Origin: Patescibacteria group bacterium
Lineage (GTDB): Bacteria; Patescibacteriota; Minisyncoccia; Phycocordibacterales; UBA2100
Assembly (NCBI GenBank): GCA_038062075.1
Contig: JBBTXY010000019.1
Location: 1 to 60,687 of the forward strand
Direction: 5' to 3'
DNA: 60,687 nt
Shown: one piece after another, positions 27,101-34,944 of the stretch
Numbering within the stretch: the first letter of the stretch is position 1
Layout: each line of letters begins with the position of its first letter
Notes under the pieces: model-generated
Told to the model about the DNA's origin: nothing
Database searches by the model: none
The model's input: the letters and a program-made list of their open reading frames with translations, nothing else
Position numbers and translations under genes: made by a program

Positions 27101-28014
27101 TCATCAATTTGTGTCGCACCATGCTTCCGAATGAGTGCGTCGATATACAGGCCAATTTCTACGTTGCGAACCACTCCGCGGTCTCGCATCAGAACGCGTT
27201 CCTTGACAAATATCGATTTTCCCGCTCCGCTTTTTGCGAATGTGACCGAATTATAGTTCTCCAAACTAAATCGATCGAACAAAATCAACGACGAATTGTG
27301 TCGGTTGATGCCGTAGAGGATGCCGCGATCCGAGGTGAGGTCGAAGGAGATGAAAGGGAAAATAGATGAGAGCGGCGCGGAATTAAGCTTCGTGTGCACG
27401 TTGAGTTCATCAGTTGCGAGGGGCAAGACCGAGCGGAATCCTTGCTCCTGCTGGAAGAGTGCCGGGCGGATGTACACAAGACGGCTCTCAAGGATGGAGC
27501 GGATTTCTGATTCCACCTTATCAATATCCTCGCGCGTCGAGCCGTAAATGGTGAGGTAGAGACCGACTTCGAAAATGCGCTCTTGCGCCTGCTGGAGGGA
27601 GTCGCGCAGTTTTTCAAGGTCCGCGTAGGCGGTGTCGAGGATTGGGTCGCGCACCATGCCCTTCTCTTCGCGCGTCGCGATCTGGCTCTGCACCTCGGCG
27701 ACCTTTTTCTGGAATTTACGGAGCATCTCGTTGGTGTCCATTGGGTGGATGTAGATGGAAACATCGAGGACCTTGTCCATATTAATGATGGGTGCGAACC
27801 ACCCCGTGGTGAGAAATCTGGGGTAAGAAATGACGAAGAACGTGCGCGCGATTTTTTCGCCGAGATCAAGTTCGCGCGGGGATATCTTCAGCGCGTGCGG
27901 GGCGATAACGTCCTGAAGGCCGAGGACGCCCGTGCGATAGATTTCTTCCGGAAGGACCGGCAAGACCGTCGCCGGTTCGGCCGTTTTTCTGGTGAAGAAA
28001 TCAAAGAGTGCCAT
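24166..28014 (-). CDS. VirB4/TrbE-family type IV secretion ATPase, interrupted by an intein; Pro-rich C-terminal tail
   Basis: VirB4 N-domain pattern (ISYPRFLTTGWFAPII), Walker A KSGAGK|S split at residue 266/267, Walker B LLVIDEAWWMM, downstream GLSTITQD. The last ~90 aa are Pro/Ser-rich. Confidence 0.9.
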   Translation of the reverse strand: MALFDFFTRKTAEPATVLPVLPEEIYRTGVLGLQDVIAPHALKISPRELDLGEKIARTFFVISYPRFLTTGWFAPIINMDKVLDVSIYIHPMDTNEMLRKFQKKVAEVQSQIATREEKGMVRDPILDTAYADLEKLRDSLQQAQERIFEVGLYLTIYGSTREDIDKVESEIRSILESRLVYIRPALFQQEQGFRSVLPLATDELNVHTKLNSAPLSSIFPFISFDLTSDRGILYGINRHNSSLILFDRFSLENYNSVTFAKSGAGKSIFVKERVLMRDRGVVRNVEIGLYIDALIRKHGATQIDEELEGVIDPDVEVFSFDKHMKGRWSKVSVAARKDATDTYYTFTTKSGREITTTADHNMLVLRDGRVVAAKSEDVKEGEYIPLPRSITVAATQTLTPMSPDLGALLGWIAAEGSTTDRSIIISNEDPEGLADIKRCCAALSLRHGSHPRWIAIYSSAFRDYVHGIRGAGLSHKKHVAGPIFDAPREAVAAYLRAYFEGDGGVDGAAVTALSKSRALISDLSYLCYYFGIIVRIHRRQKTYAKTGRKRTFWQMSISGQDNLRKFQEHIGFISTRKKEALARLTTKVENTNCDIVPGLQPLAQELAGLFDTQLSDISDFSALKQGHDLSPKRLGKLVEMMEARVQRFKDLYPFMQKLQDLPTVEAIVKKADEDRELNRTLIEKLSSSWFTVKQGMPPRTKNALKIFETAGVDAPKTVDDLKGMISEGVERVNVHANGFDEYLARTLNGTRDNSSYELLRTAAQFIVHEYHRTLQNLNRVEEIVATFKTLANADLFWDPIVSIVKKPNKKDKYVYDLTVDDEVFLAGHGGMFVHNSYTTKLEILRSLMFDTEVIVIDPEREYEYLAETVGGRYFNISLSSEHHINPFDLPIPREDESPGDILRNNIITLVGLFRIMLGGLTPEEDAVIDRAITETYALKDITAEANFASVEPPLLSDFELVLSGMEGSDSLVARLSKYTKGTWSGFMNRPTNVDMNKKLVVFSVRDMEDDLKPVAMYIITHHIWNTVRKELRKRLLVIDEAWWMMKSQDTASFLFGIAKRGRKYYLGLSTITQDVNDFLTSPYGTAMITNSSIQILLRQSPTSVDLVQQTFKLSDEEKYLLLESDVGEGIFFAGLKHVAIKVIASYTEDQIITSDPSQILAIKKAKQELARSSELDAEQAFAAPERTQVSSAAATLQAAALKEMSGVPQQAASESLPEIAPGPSPLPPQSIPTPAPTPIQSFSPPTTPPSSSALSASTPLEPPPSAPIIPPQTPLPPGPQPL
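25510..27216 (-). mobile_element. 569-aa intein with a LAGLIDADG homing-endonuclease domain, inserted in the VirB4 P-loop
   Basis: Ser1 (SIFVKERV), block B TTADH, LAGLIDADG motifs LLGWIAAEGS and YLRAYFEGDGGV, and C-terminal VYDLTVDD...GMFVHN followed by +1 Ser. Joining the exteins restores GAGKSYTTK. Confidence 0.8.
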
Positions 28015-28019
28015 AGTGT

Positions 28020-28703
28020 TTATGCTTGCGTGAAGCCCTCGACGGGCATCGGCTTTCCTTCCTCGCCGGGGTTGAAGAGCTTGTAGAGGAGTTCGATCGC
28101 CTCTTCGGTCCCCAGCTGCACCGTGCGCACGCCACAGCGCACGAGGCCTTGTTGCACGATCGCGATACGCTGCTCAAGCTGCGAGACTTTCTCTTCGAAC
28201 GTGCGGTTCGTCTCTTCAGTGCTTCTCTTACTTGCTCTCCCGAATGGGAGCTTGTCTTTAATACTTCCTCCTTCGGCGATGGATGAGATGATGGCCGGCG
28301 AATATGGGACGACGACGAAGAAATTTTTGGTCATGATGTTCGCCGCTTCCGTGAAGCTCTTGATGAACTCAATGTATTCGCGTATTTGGATGCGCATCAG
28401 ATCATCAAGCTGGTTCTTGTAAGCAACCTCCAGGGTCGCGATGTACGGGCGGATATCGAGCATGCGCGATTGCACGAAGATCTGGCAGGAGAAATCCAGC
28501 GAATTGAGGAAATTCTGAAATTGCACGATAAAAGCGGTCTGCTCGTCTTCGGATTTGAGCGCGAAGTTGAGGGACGACGCGAGGAGGATAGCGCGCAAGC
28601 TTCCGTCGCGCATAACGACGATGCCATCACGCACTTCAGAGACGGGGACGAACCCCTGGGTGGTACGGTTGCTGGCGCGAATGGTTGAGGCTTCGGAGGG
28701 CAT
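28020..28703 (-). CDS. soluble protein of unknown function, resembles a stand-alone VirB4 N-terminal domain
   Basis: 227 aa with no TM segment. The pattern VSEVRDGIVVMRDGSLRAILLASSLNFALKSEDEQ...FQNFLNSL...QIFVQS parallels the N-domain of the adjacent ATPase. Gene gaps are 5-6 nt on both sides. Confidence 0.4.
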   Translation of the reverse strand: MPSEASTIRASNRTTQGFVPVSEVRDGIVVMRDGSLRAILLASSLNFALKSEDEQTAFIVQFQNFLNSLDFSCQIFVQSRMLDIRPYIATLEVAYKNQLDDLMRIQIREYIEFIKSFTEAANIMTKNFFVVVPYSPAIISSIAEGGSIKDKLPFGRASKRSTEETNRTFEEKVSQLEQRIAIVQQGLVRCGVRTVQLGTEEAIELLYKLFNPGEEGKPMPVEGFTQA

Positions 28704-28709
28704 AGATTT

Positions 28710-29216
28710 TTAGCGCACGATGGCGTCTTTGGCGGTGCGTACCGGTGCGACGATGTCGGGAAGGGGCGAAGCATTCTCCCGATCTACCGTGTCAGCAGTC
28801 CCTGCCGCGATGCGCTCCTTGATGTCGAGGCTCCAGGCGAGCTCGTGCAGTTTGCTTTCAGAAAGGTGCGGCACGTAGGGAGCGGCCGCTGGCGTTGTTG
28901 GCGCGGACGAAGCGAGTTTCTTCTGCGTCTCAAGAGCCTCTTCATTGCTCCAGAGGTAGAGCTTGCTCTTTATGAGGTAGAAGAATCCGTGCTCGAGAGC
29001 CGCGATGAAGGGTTGTCCGTTGTAGGTAAGGAAGGCGAGGGCCGCGCCAAAGCCGAGGAGGGCAAGGATAAGGGGACCGGCGACGTAGACAGGAAGCGTA
29101 CGCCAGAGCATGTAGCTTAAGCCCGCACTCCCCGCGAGGTAGACGAACTGCTTGAAGGTGAGAGGGCCAAAAATCTTGTCCTCGACCTCAATGAACTGTG
29201 GCACTTGAAACTGCAT
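28710..29216 (-). CDS. PrgI-family (VirB3-like) membrane protein
   Basis: The N-terminus MQFQVPQFIEVEDKIFGPLTFKQFVYLAG followed by two TM helices matches my recollection of PrgI-family proteins of Gram-positive-type T4SS. Confidence 0.6.
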   Translation of the reverse strand: MQFQVPQFIEVEDKIFGPLTFKQFVYLAGSAGLSYMLWRTLPVYVAGPLILALLGFGAALAFLTYNGQPFIAALEHGFFYLIKSKLYLWSNEEALETQKKLASSAPTTPAAAPYVPHLSESKLHELAWSLDIKERIAAGTADTVDRENASPLPDIVAPVRTAKDAIVR

Positions 29217-29220
29217 GGGA

Positions 29221-29675
29221 TAGCTGTCAGCTTTCAGCTTCTAGCTTTCAGGAAAAACGCATCCAACAAGCGCTAGTTGCTAGCCTTCAGTCCATTTATC
29301 ATACCATGCAACATACGGCAGACTTCCGACAAGAGTTGGCTGATTTCACTAAATTTGCTGTCATTGCAATACGAGAGCTTGTTGCTGATAATAAGTTGTG
29401 TTTCGAGTTCCGTGCCGGATCCAAGAGCCGTATGAAGAAAGTTTACAAAGTCTTTTGAGGTGCTGCGGCTTCGTCCTTCGGCAATATTCGATGGAATTGA
29501 AATGGCCGCCCTGCGCATTTGAGAAGCGAGTCCATACACTTCTCTCTGTGGGAAGTTTTCCGTGAGTTTGTATACCTGGATAACCAGCTCGATGGACTTT
29601 TGCCACACAAGCAGATCTTTGTATGACTGTGCTGTTTTCATGCCCGAAAGCTGAAAGCTGATACCTGAAAGCTAC
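29221..29675 (-). mobile_element. IVS-like cassette: four-helix-bundle gene bracketed by AGCTTTCAG/CTGAAAGCT inverted-repeat arms
   Basis: Left arm 29221-29252 (tAGCTGTCAGCTTTCAGcttctAGCTTTCAGg). Right arm 29645-29675 (cgaaAGCTGAAAGCTGatacCTGAAAGCTac). The right arm overlaps the stop codon of the upstream gene. Confidence 0.45.
29273..29641 (-). CDS. four-helix-bundle protein (23S rRNA intervening-sequence protein / S23p family)
   Basis: YKDLLVWQKSIELVIQVYKLTENFPQREVYGLASQMRRAAISIPSNIAEG...FLHTALGSGTELETQL is the characteristic pattern of this family. Confidence 0.85.
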   Translation of the reverse strand: MKTAQSYKDLLVWQKSIELVIQVYKLTENFPQREVYGLASQMRRAAISIPSNIAEGRSRSTSKDFVNFLHTALGSGTELETQLIISNKLSYCNDSKFSEISQLLSEVCRMLHGMINGLKASN

Positions 29676-30253
29676 TGTGGTGGTTCCCTATATGGATCAT
29701 CAACCACGGACTTTCGCTCAATCGATGCTTCGCCGGGCTTGTAGGCGCCCGATGCGGGCGCGCGGGCGACGGTTACTTCCGGCGGTGGTGCAGGAGGAGT
29801 CGCAGGTACAACTGGCGGCGGGAGGGGTTGTTGTACCGTTGCGGGAAGCGCTTCTTGTGTCCCTCCTCCCAAGATCTGCGTTCGAGCAGCCTCTACTCCA
29901 CTTACGGTTTCAGCCTTTGCTTCCGGATGCTCGAGCTGGCGCTCGAGTTCTGCTCTGATGGGTTCGAAGACGGTAGAGTTTATACTCTCCGCGAGCGCGT
30001 GAGCAATATCAAGTGTGACCCCCACTTCCCTCATGAGGTTTTTCTCAAAGTTCTCCACCGCTTCGATGCCAAGAAGGGTAAGCATCACCTCATTTTCAAG
30101 TGATTCCCATTGGTCCACATGTAGTTTGTGTGTATCTGCTAGTTGTCGTAGTCGCTTTTGGACGTCAGTTGATGTAATAGCGTCTTGAACCACCTTAGGC
30201 AGTTTCGAGAAGCGCTCCTTTATCAAAGTACTAAGATCTGATTCCTCGGGCAT
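29672..30253 (-). CDS. hypothetical protein with a Pro-rich C-terminus (operon member)
   Basis: 193-aa ORF with a helical N-terminal half and a PPPVVPATPPAPPPE tract. No family recognised. Confidence 0.45.
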   Translation of the reverse strand: MPEESDLSTLIKERFSKLPKVVQDAITSTDVQKRLRQLADTHKLHVDQWESLENEVMLTLLGIEAVENFEKNLMREVGVTLDIAHALAESINSTVFEPIRAELERQLEHPEAKAETVSGVEAARTQILGGGTQEALPATVQQPLPPPVVPATPPAPPPEVTVARAPASGAYKPGEASIERKSVVDDPYREPPQ

Positions 30254-30259
30254 AAGGTG

Positions 30260-32374
30260 TTAGTGGATCGTGGTTCCTCCATCGTGGGTCGGTGCCTTGG
30301 GGGGTGTGGGTGATTGCGCTGGCGCAGGCGTCTCTTCCTCAGTTGTTTTTTTTAGGTAGTCAGCAATTTTCTTAGCTTCTTTCTTTTCACCACTTTCCCT
30401 TACTGCTTTTCGTGCAAGTTTCGCTAACTCATCATTTTTCTCATCGATAGACACTCCGACAGCTTCCTTTAAAACATTGGTAAACCGTTTATTTGCAAGC
30501 GCAGAAGCGAGTGCTTCTTTCGTTTTCGGTAACGTTCCCGCTTGTTCAGCAACTTTGTGAAGTTCCGTAAAGGCTTTCTGTTGGGACGTCCGGGCTTGTT
30601 GAGTTGCGAGTCTTGCCTCCTCTATTCGTTGTTTCTCACGTTGCATTGCAGCAGTGTGTTCAGTACGTGTGCGGTTCATTTGATCTTTTATGTCCTCAAT
30701 ATCCTTCTTTGTTCTTTCTGTTGAATGCATGGTGTCGCGCAAAGTGACATTTTCCAAATTGGTCGTCAGTTGCTGCATGTTCTTCTCGAATGATGAAACT
30801 GTTTCTGCCTGGATGGCCGTTAGTCGCTCGATTTGCTTTTCTCCTTCTCGGACCGTCGCCGAAGCTTCTGCATGTTGCTTGCCTAATTCTGGCGCTCTCT
30901 TCATTGCGTCTACTATCGCGGCGCCGAATGCCTGCTCAGTTTCTTCCTTTGATAGCCCCATTCGTTCTGCTTGTTCAGCGTAACGTCCTGCTCGAGCTTT
31001 TTGTGATCCCTCAAACCCTTTCACAGCTTTTCCGGCGAGAGTATCAAGTTTTTTCAAGCCAGGAACGTTTCCGACCAATCCATGCACCTCTTTACCGAAG
31101 GTAGTGCGCATAAGATTCATATCTTGCTTCGCGAGGCCTTTGAATTGTTGTGCACCAAAATCGTATAATTGCCTGGTCCATAAAGATTTTGTCGTGTCTT
31201 TTGATACGTCTTGCATCTGCCTTCCTACCCACGCACTTCCTCGACCGATAGTTTGACGGCCGGCGAATGCAGCAGCCCGGGCAAATAAAGCTGTGCCAAA
31301 TGCCGGTACCACAGCTGCCCAATTAAATCCGACAATTTTCGTGGAGAACGCGCTCGCGAAACGGATACTGCCGAAGAGCATTCCGAGAATGAGGAAGAAA
31401 GTTAGGAGTGCCATGATGCCTGAGCCACTGGTGGGGTTGGAAAAGAGCTTATCGAACGACCGGTTCGCTCCCGGCCCTTCCACGAGCGCGTATGAGATGA
31501 TAAGCGTCGCCCAGAGCATGAGCATAAGGAGGGGGGCGAAGACCGCGTTGCGCAAGAGCGAGCTCCACCACATGTCCCAGAATTTATCTCCCCACTTCGG
31601 CACAAGATGCGCCGCGAAAGCGAGTGACGAAACGACCATGAGGAATATGAACAAAATAGTGCGGGCAATGAGAAGAAAAATGGCGTAGAAAAGGACAAGG
31701 CCTGTGGCAACCATGATCGTCGCCGTAGTAAAACTGTATGCGATTGCCCAAACGCTGCCGGAGAGCCATCCATCTTGCGCATCGTAGACGGACCTGACCG
31801 TACCATACGCCTGAAGGGCGTCGTTCAGGCCAAGGAGTTGGACGAATCGGCCGGAAATACCAGCTTTGCTCGCGTAGTCGAGAACGCCGGGCGCTTCACT
31901 GCCTGCGGCAGCAGCAGAATTGGTAAGGGACTCAAGGGACATGGCCGAGTAGAATTTGCCCGCGACGAAATTCGAGCTCGCAATGATGATGCGCGTGAAG
32001 AGCAGGCTGAAGTTGATAAGGACGGCGATGATGAGAACACGTGCAATGAGTTTCCGGGCACCAAATGATTCGATACCAAGGATCGTTGCGATAGCAATGA
32101 AGGTGAACATGCCGATGATAACGATGTTCGCGATGTCGCGGAAAGCCGTCCACACTTCACCGAGTCGGCCCGCGATAGCGGAGTATATCTGGCTGTCGAA
32201 CTGCACGACGAAGAACGTAAGGGTGTGGTCAAGCGCCATCCCCATAAAAGCAACGAATATTCCCGCCAGGTTGATGATCCCCGCGCCGATTGTTGCGGGG
32301 GCAAGGATTACGCCGACGGCGGCAAGGAGTGCTGGCAGTGGCAGTAGTGGTAATAGGAGTGCGAGGGCAGGCAT
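30260..32374 (-). CDS. polytopic membrane protein, VirB6/TrbL-like candidate, with a long coiled-coil cytoplasmic tail
   Basis: The start is taken at MPALALLLPLLPL, 4 nt after the upstream stop. About 400 aa contain many TM helices, followed by ~300 aa of charged heptad-like sequence. Confidence 0.45.
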   Translation of the reverse strand: MPALALLLPLLPLPALLAAVGVILAPATIGAGIINLAGIFVAFMGMALDHTLTFFVVQFDSQIYSAIAGRLGEVWTAFRDIANIVIIGMFTFIAIATILGIESFGARKLIARVLIIAVLINFSLLFTRIIIASSNFVAGKFYSAMSLESLTNSAAAAGSEAPGVLDYASKAGISGRFVQLLGLNDALQAYGTVRSVYDAQDGWLSGSVWAIAYSFTTATIMVATGLVLFYAIFLLIARTILFIFLMVVSSLAFAAHLVPKWGDKFWDMWWSSLLRNAVFAPLLMLMLWATLIISYALVEGPGANRSFDKLFSNPTSGSGIMALLTFFLILGMLFGSIRFASAFSTKIVGFNWAAVVPAFGTALFARAAAFAGRQTIGRGSAWVGRQMQDVSKDTTKSLWTRQLYDFGAQQFKGLAKQDMNLMRTTFGKEVHGLVGNVPGLKKLDTLAGKAVKGFEGSQKARAGRYAEQAERMGLSKEETEQAFGAAIVDAMKRAPELGKQHAEASATVREGEKQIERLTAIQAETVSSFEKNMQQLTTNLENVTLRDTMHSTERTKKDIEDIKDQMNRTRTEHTAAMQREKQRIEEARLATQQARTSQQKAFTELHKVAEQAGTLPKTKEALASALANKRFTNVLKEAVGVSIDEKNDELAKLARKAVRESGEKKEAKKIADYLKKTTEEETPAPAQSPTPPKAPTHDGGTTIH

Positions 32375-32378
32375 ACGT

Positions 32379-34034
32379 TTATTGTCTCCACGCGTTGAAC
32401 CACCGTTCAACGACTGCTGTGTTGTTTATATTGCACCACCCAATATTCGAGTCAGTGCTGTCCCCCCAGGATTTGATGGTGTCGGTGACAAGGGTGCCCA
32501 CTGCGCTCACGACGTTATCGCGCTGGGTTGCCGCATTTGTCGCGTCGGCGGCAGTGTGGAGCTGACGGTTCGCGACCATCGTGTCGAGCCGCAGAAGGGC
32601 CTGTTGCTGGTTGGCTTGCGAGGCGCTGTTCGTGACACTTGCGATGAGTTGGTTGAGGATCGCGATAGTTGCATCGGAAGCACGGATGTCGTTAATTGTC
32701 GTGGTTGCGAGCGGGGCTATCTGCGAGTCGATGATTTGTTGCGAGAATTGGGTTGAGGTCGCGATGTTGAGGGTCGGATTTCCGTTCGCTTGAGCATAGG
32801 TTTGCACTGCGGGAATAATGAGGCCCCAGCATTGGTTCTCGGCGCTGCGCAGCTGCTGTATCGCATTCGTAAGTGCAGTTGCAATTCCCTCTTTCGCTTG
32901 ACGATAGGTGAGTTCGATTTGACGTGCCGCGCTAATAACCGCGAGCGCGGCGTTCGTTGCTTGCTGCCGTACGTTTGCGCCGGTCTGCGACGTCATGCGA
33001 TCGAGGTACGACGGCTGGCCGTTCAAGGATTGCGTGAGACCAATAAGTCCGCGAGTATCCGCGACAAGTTGTGTCGTGAGGCCGCCGAAGAGGTTGCCAA
33101 CAACTTGATCGATCTCATTCGCGGTTTCAAGCTGGCGGAAGCCGGAGCCGATAACCTGCCCGACCGACTGCGCGATAATGTATCCAGGGGTAAGCACGCG
33201 TTCGGCAAGTGGGTCTTCCGTGTTATCAGTAAGCGGGAAGACGCCATTTCCCCAATCGAGCATTTGCCGGATGTTACGGTCATATTTGGCGAGATCGGCG
33301 TTGATTTGCGCTTGCGTGACCGCGGTCGCACCGAATACGTTTCCACTGGGTCGTATGGTGTTGAACCAGTTGCCATACGTAAATCCCTGGTTTTGCTGGC
33401 TTGATGCGGCCGGAAATGGGCATGAATAGATGCTCGTTGGATTATTGAAGGTCCGTGCGTAGTTTCGCGCAAGCGCGTTCTGGACGGTTCCCTTGAACGC
33501 CTGGCACATCGCCGACTGGTTCATTCGCTGTATATCTGCGACAACCACTCCGATCATCGGGGGGGTTAGGTCGAGGTCGAAATTCACCAGATACTGAGGA
33601 TTCCCGCCCCGACCGGCGTTGAAGGCTCTGAGTTGAGTCGCAGTGTATTCTGCCGAGATATTTTCGGCAATTTTTCTTGTGACGCCATCAAGGATGCATT
33701 CTTTATAGACGAGAAAGCCGGTGTTTAGGGTTACCGCGGCATCGTTGACGGGAACATAGATGCCGCCAATCGCTGAAAGCGTTCCTACGTTTGCAACTTG
33801 CGCGCCGAGGCCTCGGCATCCATAGATACCGTCATTTGAAAGCGTTTGTCCCGTTGGGGTGGTTACGGGTACTCCAGGCGTTTTGCTTTCAATGACACAA
33901 GTCTGAGGATTTTGAGGATCATGTATCATCCCGGGGGCGCAGTGGTCGGATAATGCGACGTGCGGTAGTGAACCGATACAGAAGGCACATACTCCAAGAA
34001 GAGATGCTATACGTGCGATGTTAATTTTCGACAT
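32379..34034 (-). CDS. secreted protein of unknown function (Gln/Asn/Thr/Ala-rich helical C-terminal half)
   Basis: Signal peptide MSKINIARIASLLGVCAFCIGSLPHVALS. No family recognised. Confidence 0.45.
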   Translation of the reverse strand: MSKINIARIASLLGVCAFCIGSLPHVALSDHCAPGMIHDPQNPQTCVIESKTPGVPVTTPTGQTLSNDGIYGCRGLGAQVANVGTLSAIGGIYVPVNDAAVTLNTGFLVYKECILDGVTRKIAENISAEYTATQLRAFNAGRGGNPQYLVNFDLDLTPPMIGVVVADIQRMNQSAMCQAFKGTVQNALARNYARTFNNPTSIYSCPFPAASSQQNQGFTYGNWFNTIRPSGNVFGATAVTQAQINADLAKYDRNIRQMLDWGNGVFPLTDNTEDPLAERVLTPGYIIAQSVGQVIGSGFRQLETANEIDQVVGNLFGGLTTQLVADTRGLIGLTQSLNGQPSYLDRMTSQTGANVRQQATNAALAVISAARQIELTYRQAKEGIATALTNAIQQLRSAENQCWGLIIPAVQTYAQANGNPTLNIATSTQFSQQIIDSQIAPLATTTINDIRASDATIAILNQLIASVTNSASQANQQQALLRLDTMVANRQLHTAADATNAATQRDNVVSAVGTLVTDTIKSWGDSTDSNIGWCNINNTAVVERWFNAWRQ

Positions 34035-34944
34035 GTGCAACATAGAATTTCGCCAATGCATCAAACGCGAGAAACATTTCTCGCTCGTCTTCATTATACG
34101 TTCTTAAAAGCGCCGCGGTGGCTATTGGGTCATTCGCGAAGCGAACAAGCCGCTCCAAGGTTTCCGTAAATTTCCCGAGTGCATTTACGGCACGCAGGTG
34201 CGTCTCGATCGCGCTTGCAGGAGTGGATACCGCGAGCATGGCGTGCTCGACGTCTCGGTAGTTTTTCGCTGTTGCAGACAGTTTGTCGAGCCATGAGGTA
34301 TCCTCCGTCGCGATGAAGCGTGCGAAGATCGTGAATTCCGGCTCGGCGGAGAAGTCGACCATACGCGCGGTCGCTTCCTGCATATCGGCACGGTAGCGCA
34401 GGATACGCTCTTGTGAGGTGTCGGCATCGATGATGAGCTCATCAGTAGTGTGCGGCATGAATATTGCGGGGGCACGCAAGTTCGTCGCGATCGTCTGCGC
34501 CAACTGTTCACCGCGCGCCGGCGTGTACTGGTTGTATTCTTTGAGCGAAAGATAGCCACTTACGACCGATTGCAGAACACTGCTTCCCATAGTTGCAAGG
34601 GGGTCTTGCGGGGCGGCAGGTGCTGCGGGTTCGGTTGTTGTTGCGATTGCAATGCCCGCTTCTGCAAGTGCGTCACGCCAGTCGGGAACGCCGTTTCCGT
34701 CAGCATCCTCGATCGCTATGTAGGTTTGCCGCTCTGCCGGCTTGCGTGATTCTGCAACAGCCACAACCTTTTGCGCTTGTGTCGCACTGCCAATATACGA
34801 GCCGATGGCGGCAATAAGAACAGCAACCGAGAGCGCGGCAGTAATGGCAATCGGAGAAACTCCGCGAACATATTTCGCATCCACAGGAGAATTATACCTC
34901 GTCCTAGAATCCTGCACTGACGTTGGCATTGAACATAAAGACAC
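34021..34944 (-). CDS. membrane-anchored protein of unknown function (start uncertain)
   Basis: Single TM segment (SPIAITAALSVAVLIAAIGSYIG). Alternative starts are ATG at 34929 or GTG at 34884, the latter preceded by GGACGAGG. Confidence 0.4.
   Translation of the reverse strand: MSLCSMPTSVQDSRTRYNSPVDAKYVRGVSPIAITAALSVAVLIAAIGSYIGSATQAQKVVAVAESRKPAERQTYIAIEDADGNGVPDWRDALAEAGIAIATTTEPAAPAAPQDPLATMGSSVLQSVVSGYLSLKEYNQYTPARGEQLAQTIATNLRAPAIFMPHTTDELIIDADTSQERILRYRADMQEATARMVDFSAEPEFTIFARFIATEDTSWLDKLSATAKNYRDVEHAMLAVSTPASAIETHLRAVNALGKFTETLERLVRFANDPIATAALLRTYNEDEREMFLAFDALAKFYVAHVEN

Noticed and set aside
24166-28014. Alternative reading of the 1282-aa ORF as a fusion of VirB4 with a separate homing-endonuclease gene, or as a misassembled chimera.
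   Set aside because: The insertion is in frame and splits the P-loop precisely. It begins with Ser and ends with His-Asn followed by Ser, and it contains block B plus two LAGLIDADG motifs. This pattern is specific to inteins.
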